Source of the DNA: the human T2T-CHM13v2.0 reference genome, Homo sapiens
DNA: 64,000 nt
Assembly: GCF_009914755.1 (NCBI RefSeq)
Contig: NC_060926.1
Strand: one strand, 5' to 3'
Shown here: in pieces, positions 1 through 25,965 of the stretch
How positions within the stretch are numbered: the first letter of the stretch is position 1
Layout of the letters: each line of letters opens with the position of its first letter
Position numbers and translations under genes: made by a program
The notes under the pieces: model-generated
Told to the model about the DNA's origin: nothing
The model's database searches: none
The model's input: only the letters and a program-made list of their open reading frames with translations

Positions 1-121
1 AACTCTGGTCTCCCGCACAGTGGGCTCTGCGTGAGTTACTCTTTCTCTATTGCAATTCTCTTGTCTTGATAAATCAGCTCTGTCTATGCAGCAGGCAAGG
101 TGAACCCATTGGGTGGTTACA
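1..121 (+). mobile_element. 3' end of an ERV1-class LTR, most likely LTR8 (truncated by the window edge)
   Basis: Ends ...gcaaggtgaacccattgggtggttaca with terminal CA; resembles the recalled LTR8 3' end. Confidence 0.6.
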
Positions 122-176
122 CCAGGATGGGGTAGGGGGCAGTAAAGACACCACTGGTGAAGGGGGACTCCTCAGG

Positions 177-230
177 CCTTCGACGCCTGCCATCAAAACC
201 TTCCTTCGACGCCTGCCATCAAAACCTTCC
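177..230. repeat. Perfect 26-bp tandem duplication
   Basis: ccttcgacgcctgccatcaaaacctt at 177-202 and 203-228. Confidence 0.95.
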
Positions 231-925
231 CCGGCCTCCCCTCCTGGCTCTCCCAGAAGCACCCCAAACATTCCTCTCTGCTAACTCCTCGGTCCAAGAA
301 TGGACCCGTGTCACAGCCTGAGCGCCCAGGACAGTCCAGAGGGAGTCACATGGGCAGGTGGCCCGTCGCAGTCTGCAAATATGTCAGCCTTTTGGTAAAA
401 GAGCAACAGAAGAGAGTTTGTTGGGGCAGATGCCCTAGGTCAAGTAGTAGCTGTCCCTCTCTTTTTGACCCAAAGGTGACAGTGTTGGAAGGTAAACAGA
501 TTTACTCACCTGTGAGCAACCTGGCTAAATGATCTCAAAGTGTATTAAATTACTATTCTGTATCCAGCCTCATTAAAACAAAGCTGCTAAGTTGTTTCCT
601 TACCCTTTTAAATCTTATATTTAAGCACCTTATTGACAGAAGAAAAAATATTATAAACTGTCTTGGTGTGAAATGGACTGCTGGTTCCAAGGCATTTAGG
701 AATTTTACTGTAGCTAAAGAGTTATGCGATTTTAGACGTTCTTAATAAAAGTAACTGTTTCTCCAAAGAGAGATTATGCTTTCCTGGGAACCGAAATTTA
801 GGTCTTTCCTATCCAGCCTGTCCGATTTTAGGTTGGATTAATGAGGTTTTATTTCATCTGGAAAGCAGTGAAGAAGAAATGTGTATGTAACAGAAAGTAG
901 TATTTGACACCGTGTTTAGCCAGGG

Positions 926-1215
926 GTTTTTTGTTTTGTTTTGTTTTGTTTTGAGACGGAGTCTCACTCTGTTGCCTAGGCTGGATCTTGGCTCCCTGCA
1001 ACCTCTACCTCCTGGGTTCAAGCAATTCCCATGCCTCAGCCTCCCAAGTAGCTGGGATTACAGGCCCATGCCACCATGCCCAGCAAATTTTTTGTATTTT
1101 AGTAGAGACGGAGTTTCACCATGTTGCCCAGGCTGGTCTCGAACTCCTGACCTCAGGCGATCTGCCTGCCTCGGCCTCCCAAAGTGCTGGGTTTGCAGAC
1201 ATAAGCCACTACACC
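926..1215 (-). mobile_element. Alu with a short internal deletion
   Basis: Antisense Alu consensus with a (TTTTG)n tail. Confidence 0.9.
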
Positions 1216-1515
1216 CTCTCTCTAAAAACATTTTTAAAAGGAGCCAATGAGGCCTGCGCAAGCCCCAACCCATTGGTGGTTTGTTGTTGCTATCTGCCTC
1301 ATAAAGCAGAGTGGAGGGTTTGTCTTTTGGGAAGATGAAGTGTCTTCTCTAAAAAAGCCTCCTACATAGTTGGCCTTGGCATCTGCCAGGAATAGAAGGG
1401 CAGGGCTTGAGGCTTCCTGAGTCTGGGTTTTCAGTTGAGGTGGAGAGTGAATACAGTGATTGTAACCAGAAAACCCGGAGTGGGGTGGAGTTACCTCCGG
1501 AACTCATCACTGTTA

Positions 1516-1945
<430 letters not shown>

Positions 1946-2142
1946 CTATAAACCAAACGAATCCTCAGAAACTCCTGCTGAGCCTCTCTAATGCAGCCAT
2001 TTTCTCCATCCTACTGCCTGTTTCCCATCAGTACATAAACATAATCGAGTTCATCTTCAAAAAAGGCTTTGGGGATAAAAGTCTTTAAAAAGAGGCTTTA
2101 ACTCTTCCCCTTTCTAGATACCACTTCTCTTTCCACTGCTAA

Positions 2143-2460
<318 letters not shown>

Positions 2461-2488
2461 TATATATTTTTAAAAACAATGGCATATA

Positions 2489-3057
2489 CAGGTGGCCCTT
2501 TGTATTTACGGGTTCTGCATCCAGGGATTCAACTAATTGTGGATGGAAAATATTTGGGAAAAAAAATTGCATCTATACTAAACATGTACCCACTTTTTTG
2601 TCATTATTCCCTAAACCAGCGGTCCCCAAACTTTTTGGCACCAGGGACTGGTTTCATGGGAGACAGTTTTTCCACGGACGGGGTAGGATGGTTTTGGGAT
2701 GAAACTGTTCACCTCAGATCATCAGGCATTAGTAAGATTCTCATAGCAACCTAGATCCCTAGCATGCACAGTTCACAATAGGGTTCGCTCTCCTGTGAGA
2801 ATCCAGTGTCACCGCTGAACTGACAGGAGGCAGAGTTCAGGCGGTAATGCGCTGTGAGCACCCCTCCCCTAAACAATACAGTATAACAACTGTAGAGCAT
2901 TTACGCTGTATTAGTTATAAGGAATCTAGAGATGATTTAAAGTATATGGGAGTATGTACATAGATTATGTGCAAATACTATGCCATTTTATATCAGGGAC
3001 TTGAGCATCCACAGGAGGTCCTGGAACAAATCCCCCGCAGATACCAAGGGACAACTA
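2489..3057 (+). mobile_element. MER2 (TcMar-Tigger non-autonomous element), split by MER1B
   Basis: Termini caggtggccctt... and ...aagggacaacta flanked by TA; body resembles the recalled MER2 consensus. Confidence 0.8.
2617..2866 (+). mobile_element. MER1B (hAT-Charlie) inserted into MER2
   Basis: Starts cagcggtccccaaactttttggcaccaggga; perfect 8-bp TSD ccctaaac at 2609-2616 and 2867-2874. Confidence 0.85.
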
Positions 3058-3201
3058 TATGTTTCCTGCCTCTATTTCTGTACCTCCCTATCATTTCTTC
3101 CTGTTTAGAAATTAAAAAATCAATTTTTTGACAGAATTCTGTCACTTTTTTTAAGGTTCTAATAGTACTGTCTCAGATGACCTCCCTTCAAATAAACCAA
3201 C

Positions 3202-3507
3202 TTTTTTTTTTTTTTTTTTTTTTTTGAGACAGGGTCTCACTCTGTCACCCAGGCTGGAGTGCAGTGGCTTGATCTCTGCTCACTACAACTTCCGCCTCCC
3301 AGCTCAAGCAATTCTCCTGCTTCAGCCTCTCAAGTAGCTGGGACTACAGGTGCATGCTACCATGCCTGGCTAATTTTTGTATTTTTTTGTAGAGACAGGG
3401 TTTTGCCATGTGGACCAGGCTGGTCTCGAACTCCTGGGCTCAAGAAATCCACCTGCCTCAGCCTCCCAAAATGCTGGGATTACAGGCATGAGCCATGGTG
3501 CTCCACC
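3202..3507 (-). mobile_element. Alu (AluJ-like)
   Basis: T tract plus antisense Alu consensus. Confidence 0.9.
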
Positions 3508-3751
3508 TGTTATCAACAAACTTTGTTTACTTGTGTATCCCCAGAACAATGTTGAAAAACTATATCCCCACTTTGCATTTTTTAAGGTGATCCAAGATTA
3601 TGAGTTTAAATGATTGCACATTACACCATTTCTGGATTGTTGTAAATATTATTTTAAAATAAAGATGTTACATCATTTTCAAATGTATCCAATGGAATCT
3701 ATATCATAGCAATTTAGTACCTATCATTATTCTTTTTAACTTTTTTTTTTT

Positions 3752-4076
3752 CAGTTGCAGGATTTAATAGAGTGAAACAGAGCTCCCATAAAATGGGAGG
3801 GGACCCAAAGGGGGTTGCCGCTCCCTGCTCGATTGCCTGGGTTTATATCCCGATCATTGTCCCTCCCCCTGTGCTCTCAGGCAATGTATGATTTGACTAT
3901 TTCTTTACCTTCTGCTTTAGCCTCATTTGTATTTTAGTGAGCCCTCTTTACTGCCTGATTGGTCGGGTGTGAGCTGAGTTACAAGCCCCATGTCTAAAGG
4001 TGGGTGCAGTCACCTTTCCCAGCTAGGCTTGGGAATTCTTAGTTGGCCTAGGAAATCCAGTTAGTCCTGTCTCTCA
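3752..4076 (-). mobile_element. LTR17 U3-R (3' LTR lacking U5)
   Basis: Minus strand starts TGAGAGACAGGACTAACTGGATTTCCTAGG, preceded by a polypurine tract; ends ATTAAATCCTGCAACTG plus A-tail. Confidence 0.92.
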
Positions 4077-4159
4077 GTCCCCCCTCTCAACAGGAAAACC
4101 CAAGTGATGTTGGGGAGGTTGGCCGACGGCCGCTCTGCTTCCTGCTGAATTTGGGCATA

Positions 4160-4546
4160 CTAGGGATCATGCCGTTGATATTTCCTCGGGAGGGGTGCCT
4201 TCGATGTCATTAACATCGGAGCATGGGCTAGCAGGGGTCCACAGTAGATCTTAGTCATGGACTGCATCCGGGGCTCCATTTGAAGAACGATTTGTAGTTT
4301 TACAGCTTCGATTCTGGAAGAGACAAACTTAACAAGGAGGTTAAAGATACAGGGATTGAAATGTGTAGCCTGAAGTGCAGGGGCATAAGGGTGTGGGCAG
4401 TGAAAGTGGGGTTTCCGCAACTTTAGAAAAACTCCTATACGATGGGGCATCAATATTTCCGGGAAGCCGCATTCTTCATAGAAGCTCTTGGTAAGGGGAG
4501 CTACTGGTAGTACAGCGGCATACAGGGGGTGCAGTAAGAGTGAAAG
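4160..4546 (-). pseudogene. HERV-W env remnant: SU N-terminus joined to the TM cytoplasmic tail
   Basis: PCIFNLLVKFVSSRIEAVKLQIVLQMEP resembles the syncytin-1/MSRV Env C-terminus; stops and frameshifts present. Confidence 0.85.
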
Positions 4547-6800
4547 GTTTGGTGAAGGCTTTTACATAATTTCTATTGATTAGCCGCAGGCAAAAGTATT
4601 TTTCCTTCTTCAGTGGCTAGCCATCCTGAGGGGAGGAAACTATGTCCTCCTGAGGTTCCCCGTTCTATTTCTTCTGCTGAGTACTGGGGCTTGGTTTCCC
4701 GGAGAGGATTACCCCATACTAGGGATCCTTCTATAAGCATTTCTAATGGAGGGTCCTGCCTTGCGGATCTTTGGCTTCAATATCCGCTTGGCAGTTCCCT
4801 TCTATTTCCCTTTACTTTCTGATGACCCTGGCAGTGTAAGACTGCCACCTCTTTAGGTTTCTGTAGAGCCAAGAATAATCTCCTAATGGCTTCCTGATGT
4901 TTGATAGGTGTTCCCTCGGAAGTTAGGAATTCCCTTTCTCTCCATATTGCTGCATGGGCATGGAGGACTAGGTAAGCATACTTAGAGTCTGTATATATAT
5001 TTACCCTTTTTTCTTCTCCTAATTCTGGTGTCCGAGTGAGGGCTATTAGTTCTGCCAGCTGAGCACTAGTTCCTGGAGTGAGGAGATTACTTTCAGGTAT
5101 TCCATTATCACTGACCACTGCATACCCCGCTTTTTGAAGTCCTTTTTCTACAAAGGAATTTCCATTAGTATACAAGTTGAGGTCGGGATCAATCAAGGGA
5201 ACCTCTAGAAGGTCGCCTCGAGCAGCATAGGTTTGAGCAATCACCTATTGACAGTTGTATTCTGTCTTTATTGTTAGGAAGAAATGTGGCTGAGAGTTGC
5301 ACAAATGTGCATTCGCAACACTGGCCCTTCAAGTAGTAGAGCCTGATATTTAAGGAAACGGTTGTCTGACAGCCACAAGTCTCTTTTAGCAGTGAGTATG
5401 CCGTTCACATCATGAGATGTCCGCGCAGTAAGATCTCTTCCCTGTATTATTTTAACTGCTTCAGATACTAAGACTGCTACTGCCACCACTACCCGTAAAC
5501 AGTGAGGCCAACCCTTTGTCACTATATCAGTTTCCTTACTCAGTATGCCACGGGTTGCAAGCTGGTCTCTTGGACCTGTGTAAGGACTCCTAGAGCTATT
5601 CCTTTTTTTGTTTGCTTTTTGTTTTTTGTTTTTTTTGAGACAGAGTCTTGCTCTGTTGCCCAGGCTGTAGTGCAACGGCACCATCTGGGCTCACTGCAAG
5701 CTCCGCCTCCCAGGTTCACACCATTCTCCTGCCTCAGCCTCCTGAGTAGCTGGGACTACAGGTGCCTGCCACCACGCCTGGCTAATTTTTTGTATTTTTA
5801 GTAGAGATGGGGTTTCATCGTGTTAGCCAGGATGGTCTCAATCTCCTGACCTCGTGATCCGTCCGCCTCGGCCTCCCAAAGTGCTAGGATTACAGGCATG
5901 AGCCACCGCACCCAGCCGCTATTCCTGTTTTTTTCTGTGACATATAAAGAAAAGTCTTACCTTGTTGGCAAGCTTAACACTGGGGCTTGGGTTAGGGCCC
6001 TCTTTAGGGCCTGGAAAGCCACTTCTGCTTCAGATGTCCATCTTACTAAATGGGTATTGGCCTTCTGAGTTTCCTTAATTAGTGTATATAATGATCTGGC
6101 TATTTTGTCTTACCTGGGAATCCATATTTGGCAGAAGCCTGTTATGTCAAGGAACCCTCTTAGTTGCTTTAGGGTTTTGGGATGAGGATAAGCCAGTATA
6201 GGCTGGTTACATTTCTTATTGAGGGCCCTGGTGCCTTTGGATAATTTTAGCCCTAAGTATTTAACCTGCTGTGAGCAGAGCTGAGCCTTTGGTTTGGAAA
6301 CCTTGTAGCCACAGGTGGCGAGGAAATTTAAGAGCACTTGGGTGGCTTGATGGCACAAGGTTTCTGAACGGGCAGCTAAAAGTAAATCATCCACGTACCA
6401 AAGGACAAGAGTGTCCAGGTATTAAAACTGTCTGAAGTCTTGGGCTAATGCCTGGCCAAATAGATGGGGGCTACCCCTGAATGCTTGGGTAGCCCCTGCT
6501 TTTGCTAGAATGTCTCTCCCTAACAAGGGAGTGGGGCGTTCAGGCATAATTAGAAAAGCATGTGAAAAGAGTAAAGTTCCCCAGTCACAACTTAGTGGCT
6601 GGGAGAAGTATCTAGTGACTGGTTGTCCTAGGACCCCTCAGATAGTGACAGATCTGGAGGACAGGACAGGAGAGTAAGACTGAGAAGGCCACAGCAGTGT
6701 CCAGGAGACAGTTAACCTCCTGGCCCTCAGTGGTCAAGCATACCCCGGGCTCTGTGAGGGTGATGGCATGGGCTGGCACTTGCCCCGGGCACCCTCAGTC
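4547..6800 (-). pseudogene. HERV-W pro/pol remnant (protease, partial RT, RNase H, start of integrase), disrupted
   Basis: ORF fragments (Y)VDDLLLAA, GTSAQLAELIALTR, NIYTDSKYAYLVLHAH; frameshifts and an Alu insertion. Confidence 0.9.
5602..5917 (-). mobile_element. AluY-like element inserted in HERV-W pol
   Basis: AluY-type gcaagctccgcctcc and ccattctcc; TSD gctattcct(t/g)tttt at 5595 and 5918. Confidence 0.9.
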
Positions 6801-6846
6801 CTGCTGCTTGGATCATCTGGTTAGTGGCCTCTGACTCAGAGGACCT

Positions 6847-7640
6847 TCATCCCCTGGGGCAGTGGGCCTTCCAGTGATTCCCTTGACATAAGGGGCATGG
6901 ACGAGGGGGTGGCTTATTTCTATTCGGACAATCTTTTTTAAAGTGTCCTTGAAGACCACACTGGAAGCAAGCCCTATTAGGCATTTGATTTGCCCAGCCT
7001 TTCCGTGTTCCAGAGCTTCCAAAGTCTGCTTGCCTGAGAGCCCTGACTAAAGCAGTGGCCTTTTTCTTATCCCGTTTATCCCGTTCCACATGCTCCTCCT
7101 GATCTCTATTATAAAAAACCAAGGTTGCCAAATTCAATAGGGTTTCTAAGTTTTGCTCTGGGCCTAAGGCAGACTTTAGACGTTTTTTTCTAATGTCTGC
7201 AGCTGAATGAGTGATAAACTTATCATTTAAGATTAGTTGGCCTTCAACAGAGTCAGGTTGACAGAGAGGTATGCTTCCTCAATGCCTCCCTTAGTCTCTC
7301 CAGAAAGGCAGTAGGATTTTCTTCCTTTCCCTGTGTTATGGTGGACATCATTGAATAATTTATAGCCTTCTTCCTAGTTTTCCTTAGTCCTTCTAGCACG
7401 CAAGTTAGTAAAGGTCTGCGGCACCAATCTCCATATTCTGATTCTGCGTTCCAGTGGGGGTCTACACTGGGAACTGCCTGCTGGCCTGTGGGGAATTGTT
7501 CTCTTTCCTCTGTTGTCATCCTATCATTGACCTGACTGAGATACCAGAGATCGCCGAACTCTCGGGCTGAAGTTATGGCGGCACTTCTCTCATTTGGGGT
7601 TAGTGTCTGATCTAGCAGTAACATTATATCCCTATCAAGA
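6847..7640 (-). pseudogene. HERV-W gag remnant (capsid and nucleocapsid; matrix region missing)
   Basis: ITQGKEENPTAFLERLREAL (major homology region) and CCHC knuckles in the ORF track. Confidence 0.9.
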
Positions 7641-7824
7641 TGCATTCCCTTAAACAACAGTTCTTATGCAAATTCGTTTCAGAGAGGGTGTAGGTAACCT
7701 TTTGAGTAAGGATTGAGATAGAGTTTTTTGATTCTGTAAGTACTTTAAGGCTTGGCTGAGTGCAAACAGCTTGCACATTTGAGCAGACCAATTATTAGGC
7801 AATTTTCCTAACTCTGCTTCCACA

Positions 7825-7882
7825 AGAGTCTCCCTGTCAATTACTGAATACCCAGAGTCTCCCTATCAATTACTGAATACCC
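7825..7882. repeat. 29-bp tandem duplication in the HERV-W leader
   Basis: agagtctccct(g/a)tcaattactgaataccc x2, one mismatch. Confidence 0.9.
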
Positions 7883-9405
7883 ATTGTGGTTTGTTTCTCA
7901 ATCATCTGGGAGGAGCCATCTATAGTCCTGTCCTGAAGGGAGTTCCTCCTAGATCTGGTCGGACCTTTGTATGGTAATTGAGATTTAAATCCCCTATTAG
8001 GAAATCTGCTGGGTTAAGGGAATTTTTAGTGGTTAATGTTAAATCACCTTTTTCTAACAGAATAGCCCCATACTTTAAGATTTTTGAGTTAGTGAGCTAC
8101 CTTTTTGCTTTTTTGACTTAGAATAATTCTGAACTGGTGAGGTGTGCTCACAGTGAGGTTTCCTCTAAAAGTTACTTTTCTACTTTCTTCTGTTAGCAAA
8201 GCAGTTTCTGCTACAGAATGAATGCATTTGGGCCATCCGTGGGTTCCTGGGTTAAGGATTTTTGATAGGAAGGCTACTGGTTGTCAGTGGTCTCAGTGTT
8301 TTCAGACTATGCCCTTGTTTACACTGACAACAAGTTAGTATTGGAGTGTTATAGGGTCACAAAGAAGACCTTCAATTATCAATTATAGGCTTTAAATTTA
8401 CCCTGGCTTTTAAAGGAATAGGGCACACTGTTTTTTTCTTTACTACTTCTGTCTCTTTTTTTCCCTGTCTCCCTCTCTTCTCTCTTTTCTCTCTCTGTCT
8501 CTCTCTATCTCTTCTCTCCTTGACTTACTCAATTTGCTTTCATTCTGATCTATTATGTTGTCGTAGACCCAGTTCCAATTGTTAAAGTACTGGGTCATCA
8601 GTTCTAAGGCCCTGGCCAAGGAGCCAAGGCTTAGAGATTGCATTGCAGAGGGGTAAGCTGGGTAGAAATCGGGGGAGGAGAGCATCTTACACAATGGAAG
8701 AGCAATCCTCCTAGGCATTTACAAACTTGGGGCCTTGGCAAGGGTGGTAGGGAATGGGTCCCACATAACTGCCCATGTCAAGAGCTGTATGCCTAAATTG
8801 GGAGGGACACCAGGGACAAAACTCCCTGGGTTCATAGCCTAGATGCCTAAGGACACAGCATAGAGCTTCCTTAGATCCCTTTGGAGATACAACTTGCTCT
8901 AATACTTGGGAAAGGAAATGAAAGTCTGAACCATTAGTACCTAGGAGGCAGGGATCAGAGGAAGTAGATTCAGAGGTAAGGAGAATTTGGGGGCTACACT
9001 TTCAAGAAAGTCATGGTCGGGACCCAGGACGTATGGGTCAGAAGGAAAGGTAGGGGTACACGCATGGGCAACTGTTGAGTAGAGACTTCTGGCTGTGCCA
9101 TGAACTCAACCGGCTAATGCTGGGAGTTTGAGATGACAGCTTTCTGCCTCTAGTAGGCCCTCAGTTTCCCCAGGAAAATTGAAAGCAGAAGCTGGTTCCA
9201 GGCAGACCAACGCTTCCAACTCAGAAGAATTGGGGGTTGTTAGAAAGCCCTTTCCCAGACAGCCTCACACCTGAGTGTTAAGTCTGGTGGCCACACTAAT
9301 CGTTTTTAACTAGCCGACAGGTGCCTGGTATTTTCCTCCAATTCTAAGGAAGCATAGGACAGAATAGCAAGTGAAAGTGGTCCAATATTACTCACTGCTT
9401 TGGAG

Positions 9406-9423
9406 GTCCCTTCGTGGTCACCA
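9406..9423 (-). promoter_or_regulatory. HERV-W primer-binding site
   Basis: TGGTGACCACGAAGGGAC, 3 nt after the LTR-terminal CA; splice donor GCA|GTGAGT follows at ~9395. Confidence 0.85.
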
Positions 9424-9426
9424 AAA

Positions 9427-9933
<507 letters not shown>

Positions 9934-9943
9934 CTTTTTTAAC

Positions 9944-10068
9944 TTTTTTTAAGAGACAGGGTCTCACTATGTTGCCTAGGCTGGTCTTGAGCTCCTGGGC
10001 TCAAGCAATCCTCCTGCCTTGGCCTCCCAAAGTGCTGGGATTACAAACGTAAGCCACCACACCCAACC
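9944..10068 (-). mobile_element. Alu monomer (FLAM-like) whose A-tail hosts the HERV-W copy
   Basis: Single-arm antisense Alu; TSD cta(g)tcattattcttttt at 3721-3737 and 10069-10086. Confidence 0.8.
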
Positions 10069-10174
10069 CTAGTCATTATTCTTTTTTTAAGAGTTGCTAA
10101 TTTTACTTTTCACCTTCATCTGCTTACCCCACAGAATTTTATCCTAATGAAGTATATGTACAGCATAAATTCTT

Positions 10175-11555
<1,381 letters not shown>

Positions 11556-12099
11556 TTAGTATTATTAGTTGAATATTATTAGGCTAGAAAATACAGTGTT
11601 GATCATCAGATCTCCTATTTTTCGTTTTTATTGAGATAACACTAAGAAAAGTTATGTAAGTACTTTGTAATGAAGGATGGTTCTTTAAATTTTGTGTGTG
11701 GATGCCGTATTGTTCTATTGTCAACTTGGTCAAGCTAGGTATTTCCCAGAATTCTCCTCCACATATAGAGTTGGCCAAACAGAAACTTGTTTGGAAAGCA
11801 GAAGTGAAACAGGGCCGTTATACTTTTGGAAACTCCACAGTCAGATGGAGTGATAAATAAAGGCAGAGGTAACTGGCTCATTCCAGCTTGTACTGACTCT
11901 TCTCTGCTTTAGTTCCAGGACTTCTTCCTGTATTACGAGCCTAATGACCAGCAAGGGCCTCACACCCACAGAGGCAACAGCTTCTCAAACTTCTCTATGA
12001 CTTTCCAACTCCTTGTCCTCAACTCAAGGAGTCAGTTGGCCTTCACTTGGGTTCTCTCTTCCTATGCTGCAAAAGGGAAACTCTCCAGGCAGTCAAGGG

Positions 12100-15930
<3,831 letters not shown>

Positions 15931-16125
15931 TCCAATCATGTTTCTCTAATGTAGAGCTACAACTCTGACCATCTCTCCTTCTAGGTAAAATGAGCAACCA
16001 CATGCACCAATCAAAGTTTTGCCCACTCGGAAGATTTCCTTTGACCACTGTTCTCAGGACCACCTTGAGTGGGGTTATAACAATATGTGATGCAGAAACA
16101 TCTGTAACAAGGAACCAGACTTGAA

Positions 16126-18700
<2,575 letters not shown>

Positions 18701-18704
18701 GAAA

Positions 18705-19059
18705 ATATCCTGAGTTGCAAATGCCCTGAATACACCTAACCTACAGGACATCATAGCTTAGCCTAGCCTACCTCAAACATGCCCAGAACACTTACATTGG
18801 CCTACAGTTGGGCAAAGTGATCCGTCCATACAGCCCACTGTAGAATATTGGTCATCCAGCCTAGTGATCCTGTGGCTGGCAGAGCTGCACTCACTGCTGC
18901 TGCCCAGCATCACGAGAGAGCATCGCACCACATATCACTCACCTAGGGAAAGATCAAAATCCAGCATTCGAAATACAGCTTCTACTGAATGCACATCGCT
19001 TTCGCATCATTGCTGAAGTAAAAAAAATTAAGTTGAACCTTCATAAGTCAGGAACTGTC
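18705..19059 (+). mobile_element. MER47A-like TcMar-Tigger element
   Basis: catcatagcttagcctagcctacctcaaacatgcccagaacacttacattggcctacagttgggcaaa resembles the recalled consensus. Confidence 0.7.
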
Positions 19060-20210
<1,151 letters not shown>

Positions 20211-20594
20211 TGAAATACAGATAATGATGCCAGCCTTACTTGTGTTCAGAGGTTGTTGTAAGACTCAAATAAGATTGTGTAAGCTAAAATACATTACAAA
20301 CTGTAGAACCCTCTACAGGGTATAAGGAATAAGCGCTAGAATTATTATTACCTCCTTCCATCCCCTCTTATATAGAAAATTTAGATTATAGTCCCCTTGT
20401 TACTATTTCAATCTATGTTTTTTGTTGTTGTTTTTGTTGCAAGTACTTGGAATCCACTCAAAGTAGTTTAAGCATAAATATGGAATCGAATTTGAAAGAT
20501 CCAGGAGTGTCTCAAGAAGCTCAGAATTCACAGGCAGGAAAGGCACTTGCGCATCATAAGGTGGTAGAAAAAGGAACTGAAAAGGCATTGGGAG

Positions 20595-21180
20595 CTGTGG
20601 CCATGAGAGTGCACTGCTCACATCTCTGAATGCAGGGGAGCGTAACATGGCCCCCTGCTGCTGGGCTATGAAATTCTGCCACTGCATTTGCACTGAGACC
20701 ACCCTTCTTGTGAGCTGCTCCCACCCGGTGACTGAGTGCAGGCCTGCCATACTAAGGCAGGCCCATTTCTGGGATATGGGGACTCCTCTGACAGGTGGCT
20801 TTGGCACAAGCACACCTCATCAGCTCTTGCAGAGCTTTCTTAGAACTACACTACGTTCTAAGCTGGGCATGGTTAGGCATGTGTAGTCCCAGCTACTCAA
20901 GAGGCTGAGGGAGGAGAATTGCTTGAGCTCAGGAGTTTGAGGCCAGCCTGGACAACAAAGGGAGACTGTCTCTGAAAAAGAAAGAACTACACTGCGTTCT
21001 AACACCTCCTCAACCCAGCCCTCCTCCATTCCTGTCTCCTGGCAGGGGCTACACCTGCATTGCAGCTCTCCCAGGCTCTTCCGGCTTCCTGCTATTCGCT
21101 TCACAAGTGTTTTCCCAGCACATCTCTTGCACATTTAGTCCTATCTGGGCATCTTCTCAGAGGACTCAAACCTTAGGACA
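20595..21180 (+). mobile_element. LTR16-family ERVL LTR interrupted by an Alu monomer (20862-20982)
   Basis: LTR16-like body; monomer flanked by a 20-bp TSD agaactacact(a/g)cgttctaa. Confidence 0.6.
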
Positions 21181-21874
21181 GGAACCTAAGTAATTCCTCT
21201 TTTGCAACTCCAAGTCTATGTGGACTCTTATTTTCTTTCTACTTTTCTACTTCCTTTCTGCTTTACTCTTTCACCCAACCCCTACCTAATCTTCTCAGCT
21301 TTTCCATTTATATAAAGAAAAATGTCTGACCCAGTTTCTAAATTTACAAATCCTTCCAGTTTGAGCACTAATTGACACTGATGTCTTTGAATCCTCACTT
21401 CAAGCTCCCAAAAGAAAGAATCAAGTGCCTTCACTTGGATTAGGAGCTCATCCCCGGTCCGGTTGTGGTAATTATGGCCAAGGAGACAGGTCTCATGATA
21501 CAGACAGTATTACTGAGATTCACATCTCAGCTGATGACTTGCTTTGTTTAATGAGAAAATGGAAGCAACTCAGGCCAGGTGCAGTGGCTCAAGCCTGTAA
21601 TCCCAGCACTTTGGGAGGCCAAGGCGGGAGGATCACTTGAGCCCAGGAATTTGAGACCAGCCTAGGCAACATGACAAAACCCTGTCTCTACCAAAAATAA
21701 TTTAAAAATTAGCCAGGCAGGGTGAAGCACTCCTATGATCCCAGCTATTTGGGAGGCTGAGGTGGGAGGATCACTTGAGCCCAGGAGATTGAAGCAGTAG
21801 GAGTTAGTGAGCCATGATCTCGCCACTGCACTGGGCAACAGATTGAGACCCTGTCTCGGAAAAAAAAAAAGAAA

Positions 21875-25880
<4,006 letters not shown>

Positions 25881-25965
25881 CTGATGAACCATTAGTTTGT
25901 TCCAGAGAAAGACGAGCTGCTCCCAGAACTTACCCAGAGGAGTGGATCTGAGTGGCACAAGAGGC

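Noticed and set aside
4160-7657. Possible coding-competent HERV-W gag, pol or env
   Set aside because: Large deletions, frameshifts, stops and an Alu insertion leave no intact gene
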